Of a DNA stretch of 64,000 bases, positions 46,501 to 55,189 are shown one piece after another. The stretch's first letter is position 1. The number at the start of each line of letters is the position of its first letter. The notes below the pieces were generated by a model that saw nothing but the letters and a program-made list of their open reading frames with translations, ran no database searches and had not been told where the DNA came from. The translations under genes and the position numbers were made by a program. The stretch lies in the IMG/VR virus record IMGVR_UViG_3300046170_000502, positions 96,001-160,000 of that record; one strand, 5' to 3'. This DNA comes from a virus.

Positions 46501-48286
46501 GACCTTTAAATAACCCATCCCACGGTCCATCATAAGTCTTTGATTCAGGGTTATAATTCGAAGGAATTAGTATTTTTTTTAATTTTACGTGATAAGTCCT
46601 ATTTGGAGAACTAGAAAAGTTTTTTGAATCAATATTTACTCCAACCATTGAACTGTGGGGGTAAGTTAACTTCTGATTTATGATTTCAGAAAAACTTGCC
46701 AATTGAAGAACTTTTCTTTTGTTTAATCCCCCAGTATCACCGTCTTTCGCAGAGGGGTCATACTCGCAACTTAATTTTATAACTTTGAAAGTTACTCCCG
46801 AAGAAACCTCGCTAGATCCATTATCTGGGTTATAGTGTATATTAACATCAAACTGATAAGGGGCGGTCGCTATTCCAATCAGTTTAAAATGAGATTCGCC
46901 ATTCGAACTACTCACTAAAGATAGCCCGCTTTTGGATTTTTCTTGCTCTTTAATAAATTTCTGTCTTTGCATAGTATGATAGAAGCCTCTTGCTATAAAA
47001 CCGCCGACATTCCCCTCCTGCCAATTACCGTTTTCCTGATCCCATCTTTCTAAATCTTCTTCTTTTTCTAAATCGAAATTTCTCAAAGACACCCCTTCCG
47101 AGTCTAAAACAATACTTCTGGGATCATCGAGCACATTAAACTCTCCATCGTGCCTATTCATTAAAATAATAAACCTAACATCATTATGAGAAGTGCTTCC
47201 GTCACTTTGGTTTATTTGTAGTTCTGTCTTAAATGAAATCCTAACTTGGTCAACTTCCTTATTTGCCACAAAATGAGAAAACACTTTTGCAGATTGACTT
47301 ATCGCCTCTGAATGAGATACATAATTAGCCTTCGGTTTATCCTTGTTATTATTTTCGTACGGCCCAGGGCCATATAGCAGAGTGTTGTATTCAAGATAAG
47401 AAGAAACACTACTAGATATTATTTTGTCATCAAATGCACTTCCCGCCTTAAATTGGCACTTCCCCTCTTCCGAGTCTTCAGACTCGTTAAGTATATAATT
47501 AAAGGTTCCTTCTTGCCCATTTGAGCTTGGGGTGTTTTTCACCTGAACATCATTTAAATATATACCTTCCCTTATGTCGCCCCCAGATATTGGCCCCCCA
47601 TATTTATTAACAAAACCCTCTATAGGACCTTCGCACAATAAATCAACAAATCCCATATTCGAAAAAGATTCTAATGTTAAATCGTTTGAACTATTTCGAA
47701 TCCTCTTTGCTGAACTATCGTGAGATATGGTAGCACCACCAATTCTCAATCTACCATAACCTAATGGAACAGCAATTCCTTGAGCTTGTCTAGTTTGCGA
47801 CCCAGACATCAAAAAAGACTTCGTCGTAGTCGGGGTACCTCTCTTTGGTGGTTTTGGTGGCTTAAATAAAACATTCATTCCGATTTGAGCTACAGCCCCC
47901 CAAACCATCGCAGACGCAACGGCGCCTATAGTAGCTGCGCTTATACCAAATAAACTACCACCAGTGATTAAACCACCGACAAAACTCGCTACGACACCCC
48001 CGTACGCTCCAGAAACAATATGAATTTCTTCATTTTTATATTTTATTTCAGTTTCTAATTCATTTACTGAACTATCCTCAACATCTTTTTCGCTTGATAT
48101 ATATTTCGGATCCTTCTTTAGAAAAATATAATGTTCGCCATCAATGGCTTTTTTTTGTATATAGTCTATAAAGCCTTCGCTGTTGGCCTCTAACGCCTGA
48201 ATAATCTCGATAGGAGTTTTCGCAGCGATTCTCCACTTCCTACCAAAGCGTTTTCCCAATTTACCATGTAAATATACCGTTTTCAT
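43574..48286 (-). CDS. Fused tail assembly protein I-like + host-specificity J-like protein
   Basis: N-terminal MKTVYLHGKLGKRFG...EIIQALE (gpI-like), VPLGYGR.IG, DLLCEGPIEG, YPHSSMV, WSDNPAWVFFDML...RYG, YCDQ, EPRFTAN, VRFNN and SQARRLARW. Confidence 0.8.
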   Translation of the reverse strand: MKTVYLHGKLGKRFGRKWRIAAKTPIEIIQALEANSEGFIDYIQKKAIDGEHYIFLKKDPKYISSEKDVEDSSVNELETEIKYKNEEIHIVSGAYGGVVASFVGGLITGGSLFGISAATIGAVASAMVWGAVAQIGMNVLFKPPKPPKRGTPTTTKSFLMSGSQTRQAQGIAVPLGYGRLRIGGATISHDSSAKRIRNSSNDLTLESFSNMGFVDLLCEGPIEGFVNKYGGPISGGDIREGIYLNDVQVKNTPSSNGQEGTFNYILNESEDSEEGKCQFKAGSAFDDKIISSSVSSYLEYNTLLYGPGPYENNNKDKPKANYVSHSEAISQSAKVFSHFVANKEVDQVRISFKTELQINQSDGSTSHNDVRFIILMNRHDGEFNVLDDPRSIVLDSEGVSLRNFDLEKEEDLERWDQENGNWQEGNVGGFIARGFYHTMQRQKFIKEQEKSKSGLSLVSSSNGESHFKLIGIATAPYQFDVNIHYNPDNGSSEVSSGVTFKVIKLSCEYDPSAKDGDTGGLNKRKVLQLASFSEIINQKLTYPHSSMVGVNIDSKNFSSSPNRTYHVKLKKILIPSNYNPESKTYDGPWDGLFKGQTDLAQSVNEISESNKVWSDNPAWVFFDMLHNPRYGIGKYGLEEYSIDRWQLYKVGKYCDQLIETDFPVETQTSEPRGCKIYISSRGRRSNFEINVDDSAVSASVFTKEFGSGTSFAGKKIAIFVHQHNFGQGQGLDSDQQDTLTRKSINREGEIKVYERVIVYSNTSTRKITVKGPDLRDDSANFESNGIKLIAACATQINYPIVEPRFTANLYLTERSEALEIINSMASIFRGMIAYSSGKVGATYDRDKIPVQLFNNSNILGGDFSYAGVHKNKKATACLVRFNNKDKSFKPDIVYEEDESSMISLGYIENETMGFGITSESQARRLARWILMTSQLETETVKFNAGQEASYLTAGSIIEISDEVRTSSDKSGRILDIQLYRNKILVSQSSGSFTQQYQEYFEPYILIDKSHLSSPGIDKVEIVISLARTNESLEMIEQRARVEESEEDQDQEIESLRTSQILRFEGRVSSDPTVRNFGPQGQKTIIEDLKIKIQMEVSVSDNLIKIYNHGFSDGQKVSFTSDGKLPGGINKTNDGSSNYFVTNSTRHTFQISKTSGGLVVNIFNIGLDMFGNVGGRHYLISSDADMLKDFLDQINLGAAYSIRGLVSVTGELEQISSSTAESIGSNSTEPLSAANSYKSDFLGRYYNSGADWIFIYQSGLWLYIGRLKNRVIGSQDGFWMYIGGSESEVESTGIGWVWTNDNYKNTFWYINTIKKWVYVIYDNSSRDNIVGFYVYDSGTNLSVGDYYILGKDQRLFISGKDSNGFFLMFSETGDVANYMEASSNNPPSSSDLENPRAVKSDISAMYSVDENQSVQGESAVRVELSGGHGINLDLTQIIDISAVASANQQFDNLINSEWYFSKVDTNVIELESSASLIGLMIGITEYGFVNIELPPESKVFRKLESQLFRTISVKELSENKYEVTALEYNPSKFLAVEQKGPPRSPALPIPPQADMSLPDAPDGLLLFDLTV

Positions 48287-48309
48287 TTATACCCTTAAAC
48301 CTTATATTT

Positions 48310-48642
48310 TTATACACTTATACTTCGATATAGGTAAAAATCATCGTCAGTTAAACTATATATTAAAAAAGGTATACATAATTCATCAGAACTTTTTATA
48401 TCACAAGAAGACGGCCTGGAGCCTCCATTCCAATGGCTATGAAAAATATACTCAACTACATTATCTACTAAATTCATTGGATTAATTGCGAAAAAATATT
48501 TTTTATCAGGATGAATATTTTCGCAAGATTTGAATAAAAAACTATTATTATGCTTTACTATTATACCACAACTCTCTTCTTCTTCAAACTTAAGCGCATA
48601 ATTTTTGCATTGCAATAAAACTTCTTTAGGAATGTTATTCAA
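48310..48642 (-). CDS. JAB/MPN-domain tail assembly protein K-like (no NlpC/P60 domain)
   Basis: EESCGII...IFHSH...PSSCD (JAMM motif). The probable TTG start at 48642 overlaps the gpL-like stop. Confidence 0.7.
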   Translation of the reverse strand: MNNIPKEVLLQCKNYALKFEEEESCGIIVKHNNSFLFKSCENIHPDKKYFFAINPMNLVDNVVEYIFHSHWNGGSRPSSCDIKSSDELCIPFLIYSLTDDDFYLYRSISV

Positions 48643-49687
48643 CTGGGAATTTTTCCGTTCCAGGGAATCCTCCAAACGGAAGGCCTAAGGATGCTCCAGA
48701 TTTATTGAAACTTGATAAAGAATCATCTCTGTCGCTAAATCTCTTTCCGCATGAAGATAAAGTCTTCCTGCATTGATCTTTGATCCAGTGCTCTGAGTCA
48801 AAGAAAGGGTGCCTAGCTGCCGACCCGATATGATCCTTTTTGCATATAAAAACTTGTGGTATTTTCTTGTAAGGGTCAGAAGAACTTTTGCCTATAATTT
48901 TAACTAATTCACCTCTTGTATATGAAGCCAGTTCATTCTTGGTCCCGCCAAGCCCATACTTATTCCATTCTGGAATATCTTTTATACCATCTGGGTATTT
49001 TGAACTATCACTAAAAGTTAAGGCTTCACCAGAAGAAGACTCTATAGCCAACCCTCTATAGTTGCAACCAATATTACATCTATAAACCCATCCGCAAGAA
49101 CCCGAAAGAACCACTCTAGCAGGAACCGGAGAGTTTTCTAATTCGAGGACTGACACCAGCTCAAATTGTATATATTGCTTATTTTCGTTACTTTTTTTAT
49201 TTATATAATATACATCGTCAGGTAAATGAGATTCTGAATCTGCTTGTCCAAAAGGGTTACTTCCTTCTTGATTTTCGTTTCTATTTTGAAAATTTTCATC
49301 ATCCAAAAACCTCGCATATGTCCTTTTTCTAGTTACCTTGCAATTAGAAAAGTCTTTATTAGAATGCACTATTCTAGAAAACAAGCCGTGAGGATTTGCA
49401 ATTGTAAAAGTTGGCCTAGACAAGGTTCCGTCCGCCTTTTGCTCAAACCCCTCCATATTAACAGGTAAAGGTTGATAAGATTTTCCTTGCCAAATTATAG
49501 GGTTCGTGCCGTTTATCATTGGGCAAAACCTATAAACAGTATCCGCTCCAATATTCACTCCGTACAAATCCTCAATCATTTCAAAATTAATCTGCAAATT
49601 ACTAAAATCTATTTCATATAAATCTATCAAAGCATCAGGAGTCAGTGATAAAAGTTGTTTATTTAAATTTGATTGAGACTTACCCAT
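48635..49687 (-). CDS. Minor tail protein L-like
   Basis: IDLYEIDF, WQGKSYQP.P, EGFEQKADG.LSRP, KVTRKRT.ARFLD, FELVS.LE, Cys motifs CGWVYRCNIGC and DQCRKTLSSCGKRF, and PFGGFPG. Confidence 0.85.
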   Translation of the reverse strand: MGKSQSNLNKQLLSLTPDALIDLYEIDFSNLQINFEMIEDLYGVNIGADTVYRFCPMINGTNPIIWQGKSYQPLPVNMEGFEQKADGTLSRPTFTIANPHGLFSRIVHSNKDFSNCKVTRKRTYARFLDDENFQNRNENQEGSNPFGQADSESHLPDDVYYINKKSNENKQYIQFELVSVLELENSPVPARVVLSGSCGWVYRCNIGCNYRGLAIESSSGEALTFSDSSKYPDGIKDIPEWNKYGLGGTKNELASYTRGELVKIIGKSSSDPYKKIPQVFICKKDHIGSAARHPFFDSEHWIKDQCRKTLSSCGKRFSDRDDSLSSFNKSGASLGLPFGGFPGTEKFPVE

Positions 49688-49693
49688 AATATA

Positions 49694-51889
49694 TTATACT
49701 ACAAAAATTTTAATTATCGAAGAAGAAGTGATATTTATACCTGTATGTTTAATTATAACTCCCCCAGTATACTCTCCAGATTTAGACGGACTCAACCCTA
49801 AGGAAGATATTGAGTGTCCACTACCAGGGCTAGAAACTACATCAACATAAACCTCAGACTTCGGCTGTATAATAGTTTTGCCATTATTTTCAAAAAGTTT
49901 AGTAACAACAAAATAATCACAATCAACAAAGGATGAATTTGCGGTTTTAATTTGCCCCTTATTGTTTTGAAAGTAAAAATTGGATGCGCCAGAACCATCT
50001 GGAGTAAACTCGCCGTTAACAATTTTCATAGCTATAAATGAATGACCGCCGTCCGGCCCATCTGAATATGTTTTTGAAATTTTTACAAGTTTACCATTTA
50101 GACCAAAAGGCATTCCTGAAGTTGGTAGGTAAAAGATATAACCGCTTCTATCAATATCCTTCGACAAAACCGACCCATGAATCAAGTTAAAACTCCTTCC
50201 TCCATCACTCACTGCTCCCATTGAATTTATAGAGACAACTTGATCTCCTACATTTTTAATATACAATCTCTTTTTTAATTTTTCATCTGCATAAATGGTT
50301 GAACCCACGTTTTCTTCGGACATTACAAATGGACTCGTTAAAAACACCTCGCCAGGCTGAAGAGGTGCGGGGGCAGATTGATTATCGTATTGCTGGGCGG
50401 AGTAATTAAAAGCGCATTGCTGAAACCTTGCTGTTATACTGTGATTATTCTTGTACGTATAAGTATGTTGCCACTCTTGGCATGTAAAATTTTGAAGCGT
50501 CTCATAAGGAGCAGGAGGAGTAAACAAAAAGGGAATACAACCATAATGCTGCTCAAGAAAATGTAATATAGCGTAAGCCTCAGAATCGTCTCTATTGTCA
50601 AACTTAAGGTCAAGCTCTAACAAACTTTCATTTATGCCGTCTTTATAGACTTGGGTATACCCACCAATCAAAGACAAATCCAACACTCTTGGTTTTTGAG
50701 AAACACTTAAACCAATAGACGGTTTCCAGAAAAATTCCCTAGACCAATAATCTTTATTAATATCCTTAAAATGCCCATCCAATCTTGTCCATATTTGATT
50801 TTTTTGAACAGGTTTTAAATTATTATTTTGTTTTTTGCAATAATAGTATCTATGATTTTCTGAATTAAAAACAACATCATTTCTCTCGTAGTACTCGCTT
50901 GAGCTGTATTCATCAGCCTTGTTTGTTAATAAGCTTTCAGATTTTTGTAATAAAGAAGTATCAAGACTCCTTAACTTTACGGTTATATTATTACTGTTCT
51001 CAAAAGATAAATCGTGACTAAATTCACTGCAATAAAAATTTTTCGTCTGAACCTCTAGGGAGTCATAAGGATGGAAAGTCGCACTTCCATCCCATCTAAA
51101 ACCGGAAATACCCTGAGAGTACAATAAATTCTGAGAAGGTTTATCCTTCTCTTTTTGACCTTGATGATTCTCTAAAAAGTGGATGATTGCATTCGCTTCC
51201 CTATTTGTTCTATTTTCAAACTTCAAATCAACTTCAAAATTTAACGAGTTTACCGTTTTTGGTTGCTTGATTGAATATCCATTTCCATAATCATAACTAT
51301 AATTATTACAAGTAAAATTCGCAGTCGATCCATAATCCGCGTCAAAGAAAAATTTATCAGCAGTCCAAAGATTATCGTTTTCACTTGGTGCAACATTTAT
51401 TTCAGATAAAGTTAATTGATTTGCTCCTGAAATTTCCAACGAATTTATACCATCAGATTCAATACCAACAACAGTAATAAGAGCACCAGTTAAAAGATAA
51501 GAATTATTTATAGAATTAACAACATCAGTTTCTATATTTAATATTTTATATTTTCCATCATTATTTTTTAGAGAACCACTTAAAGAAATTAATTGGCCAA
51601 CCTGAAAATCAGAACCAACAGAATATGGATCATTAAATCCATCAACTATATAATGACCGCGACCTTCCGATGTGTACGGACCATCTGGCACAAGAGATAA
51701 TCGATTGGAGTCCTGTATATTTGATCCTCCACCAAAAACCATATCCTCTCGCGCATAATAAAAAAGCCCATCACCAGTGCTGTATACAAAATCAAATTTT
51801 TTATAACTCACACCGGTTTCAAATATACCGCTATAATTTGATATATGAGATAATTGCTCAGAGGCTAAGGCTGAATACAAATCTGACAT
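49694..51889 (-). CDS. Minor tail protein M-like (two gpM-type domains plus extra domains)
   Basis: Two repeats of G.GY...GIN...DLKF.NR...EA.AI.HFLE.H.G (~51000-51360 and ~50420-50740), with a C-terminal Ig-like segment (RLYIKNVGD). Confidence 0.7.
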   Translation of the reverse strand: MSDLYSALASEQLSHISNYSGIFETGVSYKKFDFVYSTGDGLFYYAREDMVFGGGSNIQDSNRLSLVPDGPYTSEGRGHYIVDGFNDPYSVGSDFQVGQLISLSGSLKNNDGKYKILNIETDVVNSINNSYLLTGALITVVGIESDGINSLEISGANQLTLSEINVAPSENDNLWTADKFFFDADYGSTANFTCNNYSYDYGNGYSIKQPKTVNSLNFEVDLKFENRTNREANAIIHFLENHQGQKEKDKPSQNLLYSQGISGFRWDGSATFHPYDSLEVQTKNFYCSEFSHDLSFENSNNITVKLRSLDTSLLQKSESLLTNKADEYSSSEYYERNDVVFNSENHRYYYCKKQNNNLKPVQKNQIWTRLDGHFKDINKDYWSREFFWKPSIGLSVSQKPRVLDLSLIGGYTQVYKDGINESLLELDLKFDNRDDSEAYAILHFLEQHYGCIPFLFTPPAPYETLQNFTCQEWQHTYTYKNNHSITARFQQCAFNYSAQQYDNQSAPAPLQPGEVFLTSPFVMSEENVGSTIYADEKLKKRLYIKNVGDQVVSINSMGAVSDGGRSFNLIHGSVLSKDIDRSGYIFYLPTSGMPFGLNGKLVKISKTYSDGPDGGHSFIAMKIVNGEFTPDGSGASNFYFQNNKGQIKTANSSFVDCDYFVVTKLFENNGKTIIQPKSEVYVDVVSSPGSGHSISSLGLSPSKSGEYTGGVIIKHTGINITSSSIIKIFVV

Positions 51890-52806
51890 TATTTAATAAT
51901 TTCCTTTATTGTTATAGAGCCAATTGATTGTTGCCCTTCTGACACTGAATAAGATTGTTGCTGAATTCTTCCAGATGTCTTAAAGCGAGCTATCTTGTTT
52001 CCATTTATATCCTTTAAAAAAGCTTCTATTTCTGATTTATTTTTATCTCCTATGTAACTAGTTGTTTGTTGATCTCCATATGCATTCAAATCAGGAATAA
52101 TACCATTTGAATCGATACTCATTTCAGATTCAATACTTTCAATAGAAACTCTACTTGGAACAACTCCATCTGCATCTGTGCTCACCAAGGTGTTTTCTGA
52201 TGATCTTATTCTATTATGAACTTTCCTATTAACGACTATATTATACTTTAGGGATGTTATTTCAAATTGCGATTGAGTTGCAGAATCCGCAGAAGCTCCG
52301 TTCGCTTCCATCAACCCAAAAGATTTTAATCCGTGCGCAAAATCAGCACTCAAACGGGTAAACCTTCCCGGCCCTGCTCGATTTATCGTTCCATATATAT
52401 CATAACTCGCATTCGCTTCAATTACCCTAAATGGTTCAAGCGAAAACCCAAATGACTTTAAATACATATTATCAAAAGAATATCTTCCAACAATATTTCT
52501 ATTTATAGGAGCCTCACTCATTCCATCTTTTATATCGAACAATCGATTAATATTATTAGGAACACCAGATTCAGCAAATGTTTCAGCAGATATTAAAAAT
52601 TTTATATCTAATTGTCCTTGAATATTTCCTTGCGGAGCGAAGTCTATAAATTCTGTTTTCGCACCAGCTATTGCCGCATCATAATCCCCATAAACTCTTT
52701 CGGCACTCAAGGTTGGGGTAATAGATAAATCGGCAGATTGAACAAGTAGATCTTTTCCTGCTAAAGAAATTTTACCATCCTCAAATCTTAAAAATGGCTT
52801 GCTCAT
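51889..52806 (-). CDS. Tail-region protein, possibly tail-tube fold
   Basis: Lies between tape measure and gpM-like genes. Beta-rich, with layout similar to 52803-53684. Confidence 0.45.
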   Translation of the reverse strand: MSKPFLRFEDGKISLAGKDLLVQSADLSITPTLSAERVYGDYDAAIAGAKTEFIDFAPQGNIQGQLDIKFLISAETFAESGVPNNINRLFDIKDGMSEAPINRNIVGRYSFDNMYLKSFGFSLEPFRVIEANASYDIYGTINRAGPGRFTRLSADFAHGLKSFGLMEANGASADSATQSQFEITSLKYNIVVNRKVHNRIRSSENTLVSTDADGVVPSRVSIESIESEMSIDSNGIIPDLNAYGDQQTTSYIGDKNKSEIEAFLKDINGNKIARFKTSGRIQQQSYSVSEGQQSIGSITIKEIIK

Positions 52807-53684
52807 GATGTTGGATTATGCAAGGTCTCATAACCTTTGTATGTTAACGATATGCTCATCTCTCCCTCGATGGATGAATTTATACTTTCACTAATCAATC
52901 GCATATTATGGCCAGTAAATGCATTTATTATGCTTTCATTATCCTGAGCGTCCCTTATTTCAATTACAACATTACTTTTTGGCGCAGCTTGTATTCTATC
53001 TTTTATTTCCCTAATTTCATATTCATCCGCAATCATCGTAAAATTAATATCAGTTTCTATAGGATATTGAGTATCTATTTGAACTGGGCTTAAATTAGGA
53101 TAATCAACAATTCCATCGCTCCAATCTTGACTTGTTCCTTTGGGAATAGCGTATAGCGATTGTAAATTTAAACTACGACTATAAGAGAAATCACTTATTG
53201 CGTCTACGCTAAAATCACTAACTAATATTTTTATACTCGACTGATCTGGGTATCTTATTTCAGGGTGAGCTTTCGTCTCAGGTTGAATCGAAACTCCACT
53301 ACCTAAATTACCATAAACCGTAAAATCCATCTCGATATCAGGAACGTCCCCAATAGAACATACAACAGAATATCTGGTCACTCTTGCCTGAGTAAAGCCA
53401 AAACCTTTTGTTCCGCTTTCATATAATATCGCTCCGTCAATTTCCTCTTCATCGAATTTATATTTTCCTATCGAATTCAATTCAAGTAGAGGATCGGAGC
53501 TAACCATTTTCCTCGATAAAGAGAAACTTCCTTCAAGTGGGGCATTTATTAATGCATCAATAAAGCCAACCCCAGCCACACGGATGGGCTTTTCGCTTAT
53601 TCCGTAACTGCCATCAACATTTTGAACCCCAGATAAAGAGTATCCATTGACAATCACATTCTGTTCGTAATTTGAATAACTCAT
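52803..53684 (-). CDS. Tail-region protein, possibly tail-tube fold
   Basis: LSGVQNVDGSYGISEKPI...LEGSFSLSRKMV. Directly follows the tape measure gene. Confidence 0.45.
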   Translation of the reverse strand: MSYSNYEQNVIVNGYSLSGVQNVDGSYGISEKPIRVAGVGFIDALINAPLEGSFSLSRKMVSSDPLLELNSIGKYKFDEEEIDGAILYESGTKGFGFTQARVTRYSVVCSIGDVPDIEMDFTVYGNLGSGVSIQPETKAHPEIRYPDQSSIKILVSDFSVDAISDFSYSRSLNLQSLYAIPKGTSQDWSDGIVDYPNLSPVQIDTQYPIETDINFTMIADEYEIREIKDRIQAAPKSNVVIEIRDAQDNESIINAFTGHNMRLISESINSSIEGEMSISLTYKGYETLHNPTS

Positions 53685-53686
53685 GA

Positions 53687-55189
53687 TTAATCACTTAGTA
53701 ATCCCCCTGGGCGCTGCTCCTCAACAATTACAGAAACAACTTGTTGCTTTATTTTTTCCGCAAGCATGGTTGAGCTCTGCTCAGAGTCTGACTTTTCTAC
53801 TGGATCCCGGTTTGATCCTGATGAGTTTGTTTTTGATGACCCTTTCTTACCCGCTTCTAAATTGATGGAAATATTTATATTATTAGTGCTTCCTCCCGAA
53901 ATCCCTGACTCCGAAGAAGTGTTTATTGGAGATACCGACCCTCCATCATTAAATTTACCTGCATTAATTCTGTCAAGCGTCGGCTTACCGAGTTGACGAG
54001 CACTACTTGCGCGAATTACATATTCTCCCTCGCTGAGCATCGCTGGAATTTGATCGATGCCAGATTTTCCTGCGATGTGGCCACCGCTGGCGTATTTGCG
54101 AATTGAGCCGCCATAATAATTAGGCTTCCATGGCCCAAGTCGCGAATCTATATTAAATATTTTATCCATCGCACCAGGATTAAATCCACCACCACCACCT
54201 GCAATGTCGGAAACTAAGTCACTACCTTGCGCTATAGAACCCCAGCCCGCACTTGGAGCTTTTAAGACGGTTCCTGTGCCAGTTGGCTTTGCAGAAAACA
54301 GACCCTTGCCACTACCCCCCCCACCAATACCATAACTTATTCCTGCACTTAAAGCGGTACCAAGTAATTGTTTCCAAAATGCCTTTTTCTTTGCCTTTTT
54401 TGCAGCTGCAGCCTGTCGAGCTCTTTCCTCTTCTGCAAGCACGCCAAGCAGAGATTCTCTATCTTCCCCGAGCCCAACGTTACCAGATTGACTATAAAAG
54501 AACCCGCTCATCGCTCGACTTTGGTGTGCTCGACCAGATTCGTAACCTCGTCCACCACCGAAGTTTGAAGCTAGGGCTGAGCCTGGAGCTGCGCCACCAT
54601 TCGAATATCCGGGAATTTTTCCTCCAGCATTCAAACTATGCATAAAAGCTCCACCATATTTGTTTACGGCGCCTCGACCCATCACGTATTCTCCGTCGGT
54701 TACCATAGCAGGCACTCCTCCACCTCGACTGTAATTGCGAATAGACCCTCCTGTAGATTTTCCTGGCATTGGAATTGCTCCTACTATTTGATTGGCCGCA
54801 GCAGTAAGATATGCATTTTGTATAGCTTGCAGAAAATTCATAGCTACCCCTTGAAGAACATCGCCTAGATTTTCTGCTTGATTAATTGCGGCTCGCATAC
54901 CAGAAACTAATCCGTTTCTAAAATTTGTAGCAACAATTCCACCAAGCTGATGATCAAGTTCGGCAGCGCTTTCTCTCATTTTATTTTGCTCGCCGGCGAA
55001 TCCATATTGAAATGCTTGAGGTCCAGTTTTTTGACTTAGTAAAGATTGCTCTGTTTGTTGTTCTGATAAAGCTTTGTTTTTTGCGAGCCTTTCTATTTCT
55101 TTGTAATCCCCCTTAAGTTTAGTCAATTGAGCTTTTTGAAATGCTAGAGTTAACGTAGTTCTTTCTTCTAAATTTGCTTTTTTCCCCAA
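53687..55189 (-). CDS. Tape measure protein, C-terminal portion (after +1 frameshift)
   Basis: VPAMVTDGEYVM and IPAMLSEGEYVIRASSA are typical TMP C-terminal motifs. Overlaps the upstream ORF at a G4A6 run. Confidence 0.75.
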   Translation of the reverse strand: MGKKANLEERTTLTLAFQKAQLTKLKGDYKEIERLAKNKALSEQQTEQSLLSQKTGPQAFQYGFAGEQNKMRESAAELDHQLGGIVATNFRNGLVSGMRAAINQAENLGDVLQGVAMNFLQAIQNAYLTAAANQIVGAIPMPGKSTGGSIRNYSRGGGVPAMVTDGEYVMGRGAVNKYGGAFMHSLNAGGKIPGYSNGGAAPGSALASNFGGGRGYESGRAHQSRAMSGFFYSQSGNVGLGEDRESLLGVLAEEERARQAAAAKKAKKKAFWKQLLGTALSAGISYGIGGGGSGKGLFSAKPTGTGTVLKAPSAGWGSIAQGSDLVSDIAGGGGGFNPGAMDKIFNIDSRLGPWKPNYYGGSIRKYASGGHIAGKSGIDQIPAMLSEGEYVIRASSARQLGKPTLDRINAGKFNDGGSVSPINTSSESGISGGSTNNINISINLEAGKKGSSKTNSSGSNRDPVEKSDSEQSSTMLAEKIKQQVVSVIVEEQRPGGLLSD

